Positions 1-12,789 of a stretch of DNA of 64,000 nucleotides are shown here, piece after piece; the stretch's first letter is position 1, and the number at the start of each line of letters is the position of its first letter. The position numbers and the translations under genes were made by a program. Origin of the DNA: Eledone cirrhosa (taxonomy: Eukaryota); contig OZ024746.1 of assembly GCA_964016885.1 (NCBI GenBank), positions 93,062,001-93,126,000 of the forward strand, in the 5' to 3' direction. The notes under the pieces were generated by a model, which saw only the letters and a program-made list of their open reading frames with translations, made no database searches and was not told where the DNA came from.

Positions 1-94
1 GTTTGGAAGCCTATTAAATAGATTTGTACCAGTAATTCAAAGGGCTGACCTATCACACTTTGGTCTAGAATACTCAACCACTTACACTATAATG

Positions 95-300
95 GTTTCT
101 GATTTAGGCACAAGGCCAACAGTTTTGAGGAGAGGGGAAGGTCGATTAAATTGACCGCAGTGAGTTACTGGTACTTTATTTTATCGACCTTGTAAGGATG
201 AAAAGCAAAGCTAACCTTCGCAGGATTTGAACACAGAACGTAAAAGGCCGTAACTCTATGCCGTAAAGCATTTTGTCCGACGCTCTACTGATTACTGCCC
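95..300 (-). mobile_element. tRNA-derived SINE family A (Nin/Deu-domain-like), degenerate copy
   Basis: Reverse complement of the family core gactttgcctttcatccttacggggtcgataaaataaagtaccag, with a B-box-like gttcaaatcc and the ccttgtgcctaaa tail. Confidence 0.75.
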
Positions 301-637
301 TAGCCACTTACACTCTAATACAAAACAAATTACCTGTAATTCATAGGTCCAAACTGGTCCCACAATGTGTCATGCTGAATCTCCCTGAGAATTACATTAA
401 GTGGAATAATCAGTCACTTGCATGCTATTTTCACAAGCAGGCTCTTCCATCAACTGAAACACTCATCAAAACCAATTCAGGTCTATTCCATTCCACTTGT
501 TAGTTTAATAATTTTTTAAATTTTTTATTTCCATTTTTTTACCATATTTTTTAATAAAATACATTGCCTATGATTTTCAAATACTTTTAAAAATCATTGA
601 GAATTAATCATTTTTATTCTTTAGCTAGTGTTTAGAA

Positions 638-801
638 CAGGGATGGGCATCCTTTTTTGAGTATTGTGTTGCATAGAATGTGGCTCATTATAAGGCAGGC
701 TGCACTACTAAAACATTCAAGACAATTTTGAAATTAGGTATGCCATTCAGAGAGCCAAATGGGCCACATGCAGCTCATGGACCCCAGTTTGTCCATGACT
801 G
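638..801. mobile_element. hAT-type MITE
   Basis: Imperfect TIRs CAGGGATGGGCA / TGTCCATGACTG with a degenerate 8-bp TSD (gtttagaa / gtttatag). Confidence 0.65.
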
Positions 802-1010
802 GTTTATAGACTGGTATATAGACTACAGTTTGTCCATGACTGGTATATAGACTGGTATATAGACTACAGTTTGTCCATGACTGGTATATAGACTACAGTT
901 TGTCCATGACTGGTATATAGACTACAGTTTGTCCATGACTGGTATATAGACTACAGTTTGTCCATGACTGGTATATAGACTACAGTTTGTCCATGACTGG
1001 TATATAGACT
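786..1010. repeat. 29-bp minisatellite (about 7 copies) built from a MITE end plus flank
   Basis: Unit ctggtatatagactacagtttgtccatga, starting for example at 881 and 910. Confidence 0.9.
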
Positions 1011-2428
1011 TAACAAAGGCTCTAACATACAATCATAATGGAAGGTTTTTTTACAAACATATAAATATTTTAAAACAAAGTTTTGCATCATAAAACCAGA
1101 GGTCTGCTTGGCATCAAAACGGTTAAATTAAAATATAATGGCTCAGCTTTTATTAAAAACAAATAAATTCCTAACAGCAACTTTCCAGCACACACCCCAC
1201 AAAAGTTTTCTTATATTAAAACAAAAAAAAAGTATCTAATAGGTGGTGCCCCAGCATGGCCACAGTCAGTGGACTGAAACAGGTGAAATAATAAAAGAGT
1301 CAATATCATTAGAATAGAGTTAAGTGGAAATAAATTAGAAGTCCTAAGTTCTTTAATATTTACAATGATATCACAAATCAATAGCACCAAATGCCATTCA
1401 GAATATTTTATGGTATTTGTTCTGGCTTTTGCCCTCAATTTTGCCTTTCATCTTTTTGAAATGGAAAATAAAATATCAGTGGCGGTGCCCCAGCATGTCG
1501 GATGAAACATGTAATAGAATAATAGAATTTAAATAACTGTATTGGAGTTGATTCCTCTCACTTTATTGGAAGAAATCGACTGTATTCCAACATAGAGATG
1601 ACCCCTGCCAGGTTTAAATGTTCAAAATACACCGTACCGTGTATTATAATACTGCCGCTACGGTTCCATAAAAAAATAAAAGGTTCATGGATAGAAATTA
1701 AGATATTTCTAATGTCACCCCCACACACACACTTAGTTGCTGTTGGAACTCATTTTTAGCTGAATGTACTGAAGTAATGTGTGAAATGAAGTGTCTTGCT
1801 CAAGGACACAACACATCACAACCTTATGATTAGGAACCTAACACTAACCACTAAGCCACACTACTTCACATAAGTGATACACACATAAAATTGACATGGA
1901 AACACATATACTATAAAATATATCACTCTTTTCCCCTTGGTTCTCACAATTTAATTTATGAAGACATAAATCTTCTAAATGTTGTTTTGGTGTTTGTGTT
2001 TTTTTTCGTCTACATTTGTGGTTTCTTTTTATATGAATCTCTTCTAAGGGAGATAATCAAAGATAATTCAAGTATAAAATAAACATTTTGCCAAGTTAAC
2101 ACATCTTGTATACTCGAATTAATAAATCATTTTGAATTATTTGTTTATGTCATTAATAATTTTTTGTACCTTCCCTCTTGTTTATTGTAACTGAGACATT
2201 CCTTGTGTGTTGTAAGAGGTGACTAAGATGCCAAGTGCATCAGATTGTAATACATTGCCTCAAGGACTCTGATTATATGAAATCTGTCATGGGGCTCACA
2301 AAGCTAACTCTTGTTTCAACCCTTTTGTGATCACATTTCTTATGAAATACACTCTATTTTAATTGATTAATGAAGAAATTTGAGGGATTTACTAAAATTA
2401 TTAGTTATTTCAATACTAAGATAGTAAC

Positions 2429-2634
2429 TTAACCCTTTAGCATTTACATTACTCTATATTTACTATTATATTTTCATGGCAAAGGCTTTACCTCACATAA
2501 TATCGAATCTATGAGATTTTGATATTATTTATGTTGAGAACAATACTTAAATATCAGTATGAATGGCTGCTTACAGCCAGTTTGAACAGAAAGAGGTGAG
2601 AGAATTCTGGTTGGTTTAAATGCTAAAGGGTTAA
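2429..2634 (+). mobile_element. piggyBac-type MITE family A (about 205-230 bp)
   Basis: TTAA-CCCTTTAGCATTTA ... TAAATGCTAAAGGG-TTAA ends. About 13 full or partial copies occur in the window. Confidence 0.85.
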
Positions 2635-2671
2635 ATAACTATCTGAAGGAATAATACAGTATAGTTTATAT

Positions 2672-3875
2672 CAGAGGTTCTCAAACGTTTAGGACCACCG
2701 CTCCCCTCACGACCACGTAATACCCTCAGTGCCACTCAACCTTATTTCCAGAGAGACCTGCCTGCATGCAAATTCTAAATAATATATAATAAATAAAATC
2801 GTTAATTTATCTATATATTACTAAAACTCTTTGCTTACTTGCTCGTCTATAATGTAATACAGCCAAAAGGGCACATAATGGGAAAATACTTTGAAATGGG
2901 AATACAAGTAGAAAAAACAATTTTTGCGTAAATTGAAGCATGGGTTCCCGAGATATGGGGTTTTTCCAGGTACCTTCATAAATAGCCAAAACAGTGCATA
3001 ATGGGAAAATACTCCAAAAGTAAAATAACCCTGAAATGGGAATACAAACAGAATAAAACAAGTTTGGCATAAATCAGACATAGACAATATTTTCATTATT
3101 CAAAATATATTTTTAAGTGAATAGGATTTTAAAAAATACATTAAAAAATTATTTTTCAGTGATTTGTCAGTGAATGATTTCAAAAATACAAGTTGTTTGT
3201 AGTTTAAGTATCTATATTTCAGCTTTCTTTAAACAGACGATATTTCAATTATTAAAAAAAAACATTTTAAGTGAATATGACTGAAAAATAAGAGTTGTTT
3301 TTACAGTAAATGTTTATAGTTTGACTTTTGTTAAACAGAATATTTTAATTATTTAGAAATATTTTAAAGTGAATGCGATTTCGAAAATACAAGTTGTTCG
3401 TACAGTAAGTATTTATATTTTAGCTTTCTTTACACAGACAATATTATTTTTTTTTATCGAAAATACAATTTGTTTGTACAGTATTTATATTTCAGCTTTC
3501 TTTACACAGACAATATTTAAATTTTTTAAAAATTATTTTCGAGTAAATAACGATTAAAAAAATATGTTTTGGCATATTTAAAAAATATTCTTAAGTGAGA
3601 GTGACCTTCCAATTTCATTTTACATTATATACATGTCTGTGTATATTTTAATTATTTTAAAATTATTTTTAAGTGAACATGACCCAACGTGTCACGGGTG
3701 GTCTAGTATATAATAAATATAATATATACTATGTATAAATAAAAATTATATATTTTTTATTTTACTATATTTATATATATCATTTGATATTTAATATACT
3801 ATTATATCATCTCTACCACTCCCTGGACCTTCTCAGCCTCCCTCCCTCCAGTAGTGCCTACTTTGAGAACCTCTG
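2672..3875. mobile_element. hAT-type non-autonomous element carrying a nested Helitron
   Basis: TIR CAGAGGTTCTCAAA / TTTGAGAACCTCTG and a perfect 8-bp TSD gtttatat (2664-2671, 3876-3883). Confidence 0.9.
2810..3706 (+). mobile_element. Non-autonomous Helitron
   Basis: Inserted between A and T with no TSD; 5' TC, 3' hairpin acccaacgtgtcacgggt followed by CTAG; internal degenerate tandem repeats of about 100 bp at 3090-3670. Confidence 0.75.
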
Positions 3876-4051
3876 GTTTATATGAAGCCTCATTAAATGT
3901 GTGGTGAGGATTGTTTGGAGAAAGCCAGTAGAATGCAAGTTTGAAATAGAGTAGAGTTTGATGTATTTTATCATTGCACTCACTACCACTTTACAGGGCT
4001 CATTTAATCATTGCGCCAAAACTACTATTTTATGGAGTTTACTGATACTTT

Positions 4052-4428
4052 TAACCCATTAAAATTATTCTATATTTACTATTGTATTTTCACGGTAAAG
4101 GCTTTAACTCTCATAATATCGAATCTGAGGTTTTGATATTATTTATTTTGAGAACAATACCTTAACATCAGTATGAGCGGCCGGTTTGAACAGAAAGAAG
4201 TGAGAGAATTCTGGCTGGATACAGCCGGTTTAACGCTTTAGCATTTACATTACTCTATATTTACTATTATATTTTCATGGTAAACACTTCACCTCATAAT
4301 ATGGAATTTATGAGATTTTGATATTATTTATGTTGAGAACAATACCTTAACATCAGTATGAGTGGCCAGTTACAGCCAGTTTGAGAGAATTCTGGCCGGA
4401 TATGGCTGGTTTAAATGCTAAAGGGTTA
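4052..4428 (+). mobile_element. Tandem pair of piggyBac-type MITE A copies
   Basis: Two consecutive family A bodies joined near 4230, ending in aagggTTAA. Confidence 0.8.
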
Positions 4429-4439
4429 ATGTACTTCTC

Positions 4440-4705
4440 AGGCAGAATGAGTGTGTGACAAGCTGGCTATTTGAATGACTGGAGCAGGCTGCCTGCATCA
4501 GTTGTTAACTGTCAGGCCACTGCATCCTTTGGGACTTCCATGCTTCCCGAAATTCACCAACACTACACCCGATATTCCCCCTCCATTTGCACGCATGCAT
4601 GTATGTGTGTATATATCATGACTCATGCACTGTTCACTTTCCTGACTTTTGTTCAATGTTCCATGTACTATGTATGCACCTGAGCACTGTACACAATAAC
4701 TTTCA
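4440..4705 (+). mobile_element. CR1/L2-group LINE 3' end
   Basis: Encodes W..LPASVVNC..TASF.TSMLPEI.QHYT; a homologous copy lies at 25440-25745. Confidence 0.7.
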
Positions 4706-4706
4706 T

Positions 4707-5345
4707 TGGTGAATTGGCAGTATCGGTAGAGGGTCGGACACCATACTTTGACGCATAGAGTTACGGCCCTTGCCATTCTGAGTTCAAATCCTGCCGAGGT
4801 TGACTTTGCCTTTCATCCTTACGGGGGGCGATAAAATAAAGTACCAGTAATACACTGGTTAATTGCTGGCCTTGTGCCTAAAGTAGAAACAATTATTATA
4901 ATAATAATTTGGCAGTATCTGTAGAGGGTCGGACGCCATGCTATCCAGCATAGTTACGTCCCTTTATGGTCTGAGTTCAAATCCTGCCGAGGTTAACTTT
5001 GCCTTTCATCCTTACGGGGTTGATAAAATAAAGTACCAGTAATGCACTGGAATAATCGACCTCAGTGCATTACTGGTACTTTATTTTATCAACCCTGTAA
5101 AAACAAAAGGCAAAGCTAACTTCAGTGGAATTTGAACTCAGGATGTTCCACCACCCTGTATCAGTGTATAATAATTGTTTCTACTTTTGGCACAAGGCCA
5201 GCAATTACTTTATTTTATCAACCCTGTAAGGATGAAAGGCAAAGTTAACCTCGGCGGGATTTGAACTCAGATCATAAAGGGACGTAACTCTATGCTTCAA
5301 AGCATGGTGTCCAACTCTCTACCGATACTGCCAATCCACCGCCTT
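4707..5345. mobile_element. Cluster of four SINE A copies (two +, then two -)
   Basis: Copies at about 4707-4900(+), 4909-5050(+), 5063-5150(-) and 5170-5345(-). Confidence 0.85.
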
Positions 5346-5789
5346 TGTATCAGTGTATAATAATGAGAATTCTTCTGAAATATTGTAACCATAACAACCA
5401 TGATGAGAACACTACTTTTTTTGTCCATTTATTCGAGAGAGGGTCATATCCAGCAGGTCCTCTCAGAAGCAAGTCTCCAGCTAGATCCCCAAGGGAGACC
5501 TGCCAAGCTCTATTTCTTGCAGTAACATATAACCGTTTCGGCACCTGAAACTGTCCTTGCTTTAGAGTCTTCATATTTAAACCTTCCATCATAATTTTAT
5601 ATATGAACATTTTGTTAAGTTATGTTTCAAATGCGCGAGGGATGGGGACACTAGTCTGAATATATCAGTTTACAATAATTCCTCACTTCAGAACATTCAA
5701 ACAAAATGTAATCAATCCGACATTAACTTTCTTAAATTCAGTCTAATCCCAAATTAATTCTGGACAGCTGACCTCCTCCGCAAAATTGG

Positions 5790-6060
5790 ATCGAAAGTAG
5801 CCTGTCTGAAGAAGGAGTATTGCGAGTTGCGGTGACTGTTGCAGCATGTGTCGCTAGCCATTATTCACAGAAATGCATTTGCTATTTTGTCCGTGGGCGC
5901 AGCCGAAACACTGCTCTGACCTAGGTGTAGGGTCTGTCACCCTCTCCCCTTCCTTTGTCTAGTAGTCCTTGTTCTTCCCCTGTTTCCTCTCATTTATGGC
6001 ATTTATAGTCCTTTCCAATTCTGCTCTCTTTTTCTGTATGCTTATATAACGAAATAAAAC
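5790..6060 (+). mobile_element. CRE-clade (RLE-type) non-LTR 3' end
   Basis: Decayed ...LKKE...LLQ.VSLAI..RNAFAIL followed by a pyrimidine-rich 3' tail also seen at 31420-31680 and 42580-42800. Confidence 0.65.
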
Positions 6061-6973
6061 TATATATAACTGAAAGAAAAATATTAATTACTCATATTTG
6101 AAGTATCCTTTGAAATCAGGGTTAGTGGAGGTAAAATAAGATCCTAGAAATTAGAAAAATTTCACATCACACCAATAAAAAAAATCAACCAGTTTTGTTA
6201 TATACATAAACCACATGCAAGTTCCCTATGGTGTCCATTTCCATGCTAGCATGAATTTGATGGTAAGTTGGATCAGGTGACTGTGTCTTGCTCATACAGA
6301 ACTGTTTATGTCTTAAATTCAAAGGGTCAGCTATGTCATACTGAATCTCCTTGAGAATTACATTCAGGCTACATGTGTCTGTGGAATGCTCCATGTGCAC
6401 ATTTATCTCAAGCTGTTTCATTGATCAAATTGGAACATTCATAACTGATGGAGGTCCAATACACAAAAATGGTAGCAGGTTTGTTATATATTCATTCATC
6501 TAAGATTATCCATGCAATTAATAGACAAAAACTCCTAGGTGTACTTAAGATATATAAAAAAAAAAGCAAAAAAGCAAGGAAATAACTCCAATGAATTGGA
6601 ATTTTTGGAAAAAAAAAATCTCCAGTATGAAAGCAGATATGGTATTTAAAGTCAAATGGTGAAAGTAATGGAATTTTCAGTCTTATTAAACCTTCGTAGC
6701 AAAACATTCTAGATGTGCTTAAAATAAAAAAAGAAAAGAAAAAAAGCAAGGGAAATAACACTAATAAATTGAAATTTTTTAAAAACACAAAATGCAGTGA
6801 TAATATATATAGTATCTATAGTCAAATAGTGAAAGCGATGAACATGTTTCAGTCTTATTGGACCTTTTCAGCTAAATGACTACTCAGTTGGCAGGAATGT
6901 AGAAATAAGATCAAACTATTAAAGATCAGTATTATTGATTTATTAACATTTCAGTACATTATTAATATGGGTT

Positions 6974-6979
6974 TTTATT
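6974..6979 (-). promoter_or_regulatory. Polyadenylation signal of COX7A
   Basis: AATAAA on the minus strand 8 nt after the stop codon; another AATAAA overlaps the stop. Confidence 0.6.
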
Positions 6980-6986
6980 CTGGTGT

Positions 6987-7130
6987 TTATTCACCCTTTA
7001 TTCCAAAGGACATCCTGTATAGAGTATTTACAGATAGTAAACCACCAGTAGCCATCAGAGCCATTGTAAAAAAATACATAAGTTTATCTCGACCACCACG
7101 TTTCTGCCAAACTAACAAACCATCATCACG
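6987..7130 (-). CDS. COX7A: Cytochrome c oxidase subunit 7A, exon 3 (last coding exon)
   Basis: Acceptor tatattgcag|, phase 0. Translates RDDGLLVWQKRGGRDKLMYFFTMALMATGGLLSVNTLYRMSFGIKGE*, matching the COX7A pattern D(D/N)G.P..LK(G/R)G..D..LY..TM.L..GG plus a single TM helix. Confidence 0.92.
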   Translation of the reverse strand, partial: RDDGLLVWQKRGGRDKLMYFFTMALMATGGLLSVNTLYRMSFGIKGE

Positions 7131-8639
7131 CTGCAATATAAAATAGGAAAAACAATTTAGAATCAGTTAATGTGAAGAATTTAATAATTTCACAAAAATA
7201 AAAGTATATATATATACTAGGATTTTTTTCAACATGCTGACGTGTATGTGTGTGTGTGTGTGTGCATATGCATACATTTTTATGTATGAGTATATAAATA
7301 TAAACGTGCAAACAGACACACAAAAATACACACTCAGACATACATTCACAAAAACACACATACATTCATACAAACATATACACACATACACAGCATAACA
7401 AATGGAACGCCAACTGCTATTTTGCTATAGTTTTTTCACTACTCGCTGTCTTCCTTGTACACACACATACATTCAGGCAGCAGATATAAAGAGAGAGAAG
7501 TAGTATGAAGTAGTCAAACTACTCCTCTCTCTTTACATGTTGTGACAGAATCACAGAAATTTATATATAGATAACAATTTCTACACCCATAAAATTGCAT
7601 GTGTGTGTGACTATACATGTTTGTCTATGTATATAAACAAACTCCATAGTCTTCACTGCGAGAATCAGTATATACATATATATATAAAATTAGATATATA
7701 TATATATATATACAAACATATATATATATATATGTTTGTATATATATATAACATTGAATATATTATTTATATTCAAATCGTTATATAGACCTTTATTTAC
7801 ATTTGGATTATCATTGTTGTTATTACATATATTATTTACATTCGAATCATTGCACTGGAAATTTTTTTAATTGCACTTGTCGGAAGATGAATTCAATGCG
7901 CCTGCACTAACTACTGAGAAGTGGACGGAGGGACGGACACGAAATCAAGTTTATAAGTAAAGATTACATGCATACACACCATCGTTTAACATCTGTTCCT
8001 CATGCCAGTAGGACGGGCTGCTCTTTTGTGAGAAATTTGGTCAGAGGTTGGAAGAGATCTCTTTACCAGCAAGTTTACTACAGCTGAATACCCTTCATGA
8101 TGCCAACCCCCACTTTATATTAAGTGTGGTATAGCACATTAATATTTTTATTGAACGGCTGCTACACTGCTGGATGTTTTGATTATGAACAACAACATAA
8201 CCATTTATAGCAGAATTGCTATGAGGTTTGCTGTGGTTGGCATGTGCATGTATGTTTAACATCTATTTTCTATGCTTCCATGAGTTAAACATGTGTGCTG
8301 AGACCCAAGTGGTCAAGTGACCAAATTCTGCTTGTATGCTCTGTTTGGCTTGTTTTCTGAAGTTGGATACTCTTCCTAATGCCAACCACTCTACAACATG
8401 TACTGGGAGCATTTTCTCATGACTCCAGCATTACTGCCTTACAGGGTGGATTGGGTACTTTTCCTCATGGTACCAGCACTACTACCTTATCCAGTGTTTT
8501 GAACTATGTAACTATTCAAGAACATACCATGTTAACATCAAGAGAGAAGTGTCTAAAATGGGAGTTCAGTGGGTTTCATGGATGATGCAGGAGGATTAAA
8601 ACACTACTAGATGTGGTATAGACGCTTTCGTCCCATGCC

Positions 8640-9057
8640 AAAAGAAATCAATGACCGAAAGAACATACAAGTGGCCAAAATGAGGCTCCTCTGAAGGGTC
8701 TTTGGCATAACATTACTCGATAGAGTGCATAGCTCGGAAATCAGAGAATCACTCCAGGTTGAGCCGCTACTTCTCTAAAATGAGAAATCATAGCTCCAAT
8801 ACTATGGGCATGTGGTTAGAATGTCTCAGGAAAGAATCACTGGACAGATTTTACAAGCAAAACCAACTGGCAGGAGACCCAGGGATAGACCCCAAGCAAG
8901 ATGGTTGGATAACATCCATGAACTTAACTGGTCTCACTTGGGGATCCAGCCAGATCAGTTGGAGATGGTTGCTTCTGACAGGACCCGCTGGAAGGAGTAT
9001 TTGAGGACTCTGCCCGCACGACCCTCTCAGGAATATGCGGGCGAAGAAGATGATTAA
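8640..9057 (+). mobile_element. RTE-clade LINE 3' fragment
   Basis: Encodes YYGHVVRMSQERITGQILQAKPTGRRPRDRPQARWLD...DRTRW. Same family at 28660-28900(-), 30060-30635(+), 37290-38060(+) and 48175-48690(+). Confidence 0.85.
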
Positions 9058-9348
9058 AAAATAACTATTATAATTAATTCTATAAGAAACATATCAGACA
9101 TACTTTCATTTGTTAAACCTACTTTAACTTGTGAGTATACAACTTGTGATTTTATCATTTATTACAGAAGGAAAATAATTGTTTCTAACATATGCATAAG
9201 ATTAGAAATTTGGTTGGAGGAGTTAATCGATTAAATCACCCAGTATTTAACCGGTACTTTATTTTATTCACCCTTCAAGGATTTATGACAATGTTGACCT
9301 GTGGAATTATGTCTATTATTGAATGGGGTACAAAGAGTTATGTATTCA

Positions 9349-9552
9349 TTAACCCATTAGCATTTACTATTGTATTATATTTACTATTGTATTTTTGTAG
9401 TAAAGTCTTTACCTCACATAATATCGAATCTATTAGATTTTGATATTTATTTAGAGAAGAATACCTTAACGTCGGTACGAGTGGCCAGTTTGGACAACAA
9501 GAGGCGAGAGAATTCTGGCTGGATACGACTGGTTTAAATGTTAAAGGGTTAA
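9349..9552 (+). mobile_element. piggyBac-type MITE A (in COX7A intron 2)
   Basis: TTAA-CCC...GGG-TTAA ends and family body. Confidence 0.8.
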
Positions 9553-10314
9553 ACTCAACAGTTGTGGCTTCAATTTAATTATATTCACAGATGCAATGCA
9601 AGGTTGTGCAATTAAAGAGTCCTCTTCACGTGATTTCAGGTCCTGTTACTTGGCACCTTGGCAAGTACCTTCTAATATAGCCTTGGGTTCACCAATGTCT
9701 TGTGAGTGAAATTTGATAGACAAAAATTGCAGAAGTCTGTGGTGAATGTATGTCCATATCTGTATTTATGTCCTGCAACTTAGCAGGTCAACAAAAAGAG
9801 ATCATTAATCATTTTAATGTCCGTTTTCCCTGCTTGTAAGGGTTGGATGGGTCTACATAGACCTAGTCACTACTGAAGCAAGGCTGCTAATCTCCCAGAC
9901 AAGCCAGGGATCTGCATCTCACTTATGTATGGTCTGATGTCCTACCGAGTGCCAGTAGGAGAGGCTGTCATGAATTTGACACAACTGAGGGTCCTCCTGA
10001 CCCTTTGTTTAGCAAGCTTTGTATGGCTGGATGCCCTTGCTATCAGCAACCACTTTACAAAGTGTACTGGGTGTGTTTATCATGTAGATCACCAACACTA
10101 TGGAGGTTGTCATACCATGGCATAACTGAAGGGTCCTCTTGACAGCCCCCATCCCTCTACAAAATAAGTACCAGACTTGAAAAAATATAAGAACTGGGTC
10201 CAATATGATCAACTTTAAGATGGTGTTCCAACATGGCTTCAGTCAAATGACTGAAACCAATAAAAAAAAAAAAAAAAAAATATTTAGAAATGAACTTAAA
10301 TTCTAATCAATCTA

Positions 10315-10530
10315 GAAGGTTTCTAATTTAGGCAAAAGGCCAAAGATTTTTTGGGGGGAGGAAGTCGATTAATTTGACCCCAATGCATTACCGGTGCTTT
10401 ATTTTATCACCCCTGTAAGGATGAAAGGCAAAGCTAACCTCGGCAGGATTTGAACTCAGATTGCAAAGGGGTGTAACACTATACCATAAATCCTGTTGTT
10501 CGACGCTCTACCGACACCGCCAATCCACCA
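10315..10530 (-). mobile_element. SINE A copy (in COX7A intron 2)
   Basis: Reverse complement of the family A consensus. Confidence 0.8.
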
Positions 10531-10578
10531 TCAAAATATGTAATGTTAAAATATAGAAATAAATTAGGTGATACTTAC

Positions 10579-10686
10579 AAGGAACTGTGTTTGAAGGTCT
10601 TGTACTTTCCTATAAATAGGGGTATTTGGATGGACCCCGGTGTTAATCTGAGTTCCAAGTGGTCTTTTCAAGCTATTGAACAGACT
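10579..10686 (-). CDS. COX7A: Cytochrome c oxidase subunit 7A, exon 2
   Basis: Acceptor ttttctttcatttctag| and donor |gtaagt; 108 nt, phase 0-0, only one open frame: SLFNSLKRPLGTQINTGVHPNTPIYRKVQDLQTQFL. KVQDLQTQF resembles NKV.E.Q..FQ, and the intron falls where it does in vertebrate COX7A. Confidence 0.9.
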
Positions 10687-12089
10687 CTAGAAATGAAAGA
10701 AAAGCAGAAAAAAGGAAATTAACAGCTCACACCTATGCAGATTTAGCTGGCCTCTTACAAAGTTGTATCTCATAAGAAGTTTGTTAAATGTTTTAATGAA
10801 AGGGGCCCTGTTCTATTGAGAAGAGCAATGTGAAATGAAGTGTCTAGCTAAGAACATTGCACTGCCTGGTCCTAGAACCACATCTGCGACCGTATGATCG
10901 GGAGTCCAACAACCCCTAACCACGAAGTCATATGCCTTCACACGACTCTGAACTCAAATTTTAAAATAATGCAATTTTCAAGTCAACAAATAAAAAGCTA
11001 ATAGTAATTCTCCCTTAATTTCTTGAACTCTTTCGTCACCATATTTCTAACCTTTCAGTTACCAACCTGGCCAAAACTGGCTGATACTGTGAAACAAAGC
11101 CACCCATTTTAAAAGTTTCCTATTTCAATTAAAATCTTCCAACATAATTTTATATAAGAACCTTACATTAAGTTACAGTCTTAGTAATGAAATAAGTGAT
11201 AATATTAGTAAATCCCTTAAAATACTTCATTAATTAATTGAAATGTGGTCATGAAATACATTGCCTATTATTTTCAAATAATTTTGAAAATAATCAAGAA
11301 TTTAGAGGGATTCAGTAATGAAACCGTTGGGGAAGGAGAAAGTAGATTAAATCGACGACAGCGCATGACATACTTTATTTTATCGAACCCGTAAGGATGA
11401 AAGGCAAAGTTAACTTTGGCGTGATTTGAACTCTGAATGTAATTGGTCGTAACTCTATGCCATAAAGCATGGTGGCCAATGTTCTGCCGATACATCCAGT
11501 CCACCGTTACATAATAAGCGAATACAGTGTTGTCTCCCCTGAATATAATTCTCACTCATTGTCACGTACACTTAAGCTGTCCACAAATACTGTACAATAC
11601 CCAAAGAGGACCTCTAAACAAAGTAATTCACAGCGAACCGTGAAAAATGACTGACCACATATAGTATTGTCATTTAATTTGGGTTCATTAACAAACCTTC
11701 AAATAAACAACTAGCCATAATTGTTAGATTAAGTATTTCTAACCTTCCGTCATAGTCGGACTACTTTAGTGGTTTCGGTGGTAAGAAACTCGAGCGAGCC
11801 GGGCAGTGGAAGGTCTTCAGAGAAGAACCTCCCCCACACACACTCAAGCGAATGTTTCTTTCATATTATGGCCATAAACTAAAATAAGAACAGAACGCTA
11901 ACAATACAAACACTAGCGTCTTTAAATTTGCAAAAGAAATAAACAACGACATGGAGTTTGGTGCGCCCCAACACTAAAACCTCGTTGTTACCGCAAGACT
12001 TTCTTAATACATATTTATTTATTAATGAAATTTTGCAAACATACATTTTAGAAGGGTGTAGATCAGGATTATGTTGATGAAATTAAAAA

Positions 12090-12260
12090 TAATTGTTTCT
12101 ACTTTAGGCACAAGGCCAGCAATTACCCAGTGCATTACTGGTACTTTATTTTATCGACCCCCGTAAGGATGAAAGGCAAAGTCAACCTCGGCGGGATTTG
12201 AACTCAGATCGTAAAGGGACGTAACTCTGCTGGGAAGCATGGCGTCCGACCCTCTACTGA
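12090..12260 (-). mobile_element. SINE A copy (young, in COX7A intron 1)
   Basis: Nearly identical to the copies at 44170-44360 and 56153-56337. Confidence 0.85.
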
Positions 12261-12789
12261 TAAACAACAATTAAGGTTTTCAATTATTGTATATAACTCC
12301 GTTTGTTAATGTTTTCATTTCCTGAATACCTTCCAGTTGTGTTCGTTGTTGGCTAAACGTAAACATGGAAATATCATTGAGTCACGGGAAGAAATATACT
12401 CATTCGATAGCAAACCACTCGAAACCTTCCTCGGTAGTATGATACAAAGCTGTTGATTTTAAATGTTTATATTTATTAAAAAACTTCCTCGTCATGATTT
12501 TATATAAAGTGTCAGCAACTTAAGTTAGTTATGCTACTAAATCTCTCCAAATTCTTGATTATTTTCAAATTTATTTGAAAATCATAGGCATTGGGAATAT
12601 GGTAAAGAAAGGGTTAACATTTCTTATTACAGCAGAAAATTATTGTTCCTAAATTTACTTCTTATTCGTGGTTTCCTCTTACAACAGAATACAAAATATA
12701 ACTAACGATTTCCTCCATTTATTCCTGATTGTTTTAATTGCATTTAATTCTGTCCATGAATGACATTGAGAGCATTTTAGTATCTAGAC

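Noticed and set aside
5350-5610. Possible further exon (tttcag|VPKRLYV...GPAGYDPLSNK)
   Set aside because: The nucleotides match the decayed RTE 3' end (ttggggatc...gaccctctc), and COX7A already ends at 6987.
10759-10773. Alternative COX7A first exon ATG AGA TAC AAC TTT|gtaag (MRYNF)
   Set aside because: In phase, but with poor start context, a 72-nt intron and no promoter features. The 13696-13710 exon fits better, though this one is not strictly excluded.
11744-11753. ATGACGGAAG|gttag as COX7A exon 1
   Set aside because: A phase-1 donor gives an immediate stop when joined to exon 2.
11800-11825. RNase P CR-I-like GGAAGGTCT
   Set aside because: Imperfect match and no downstream CR-V/P4 partner in the right order.
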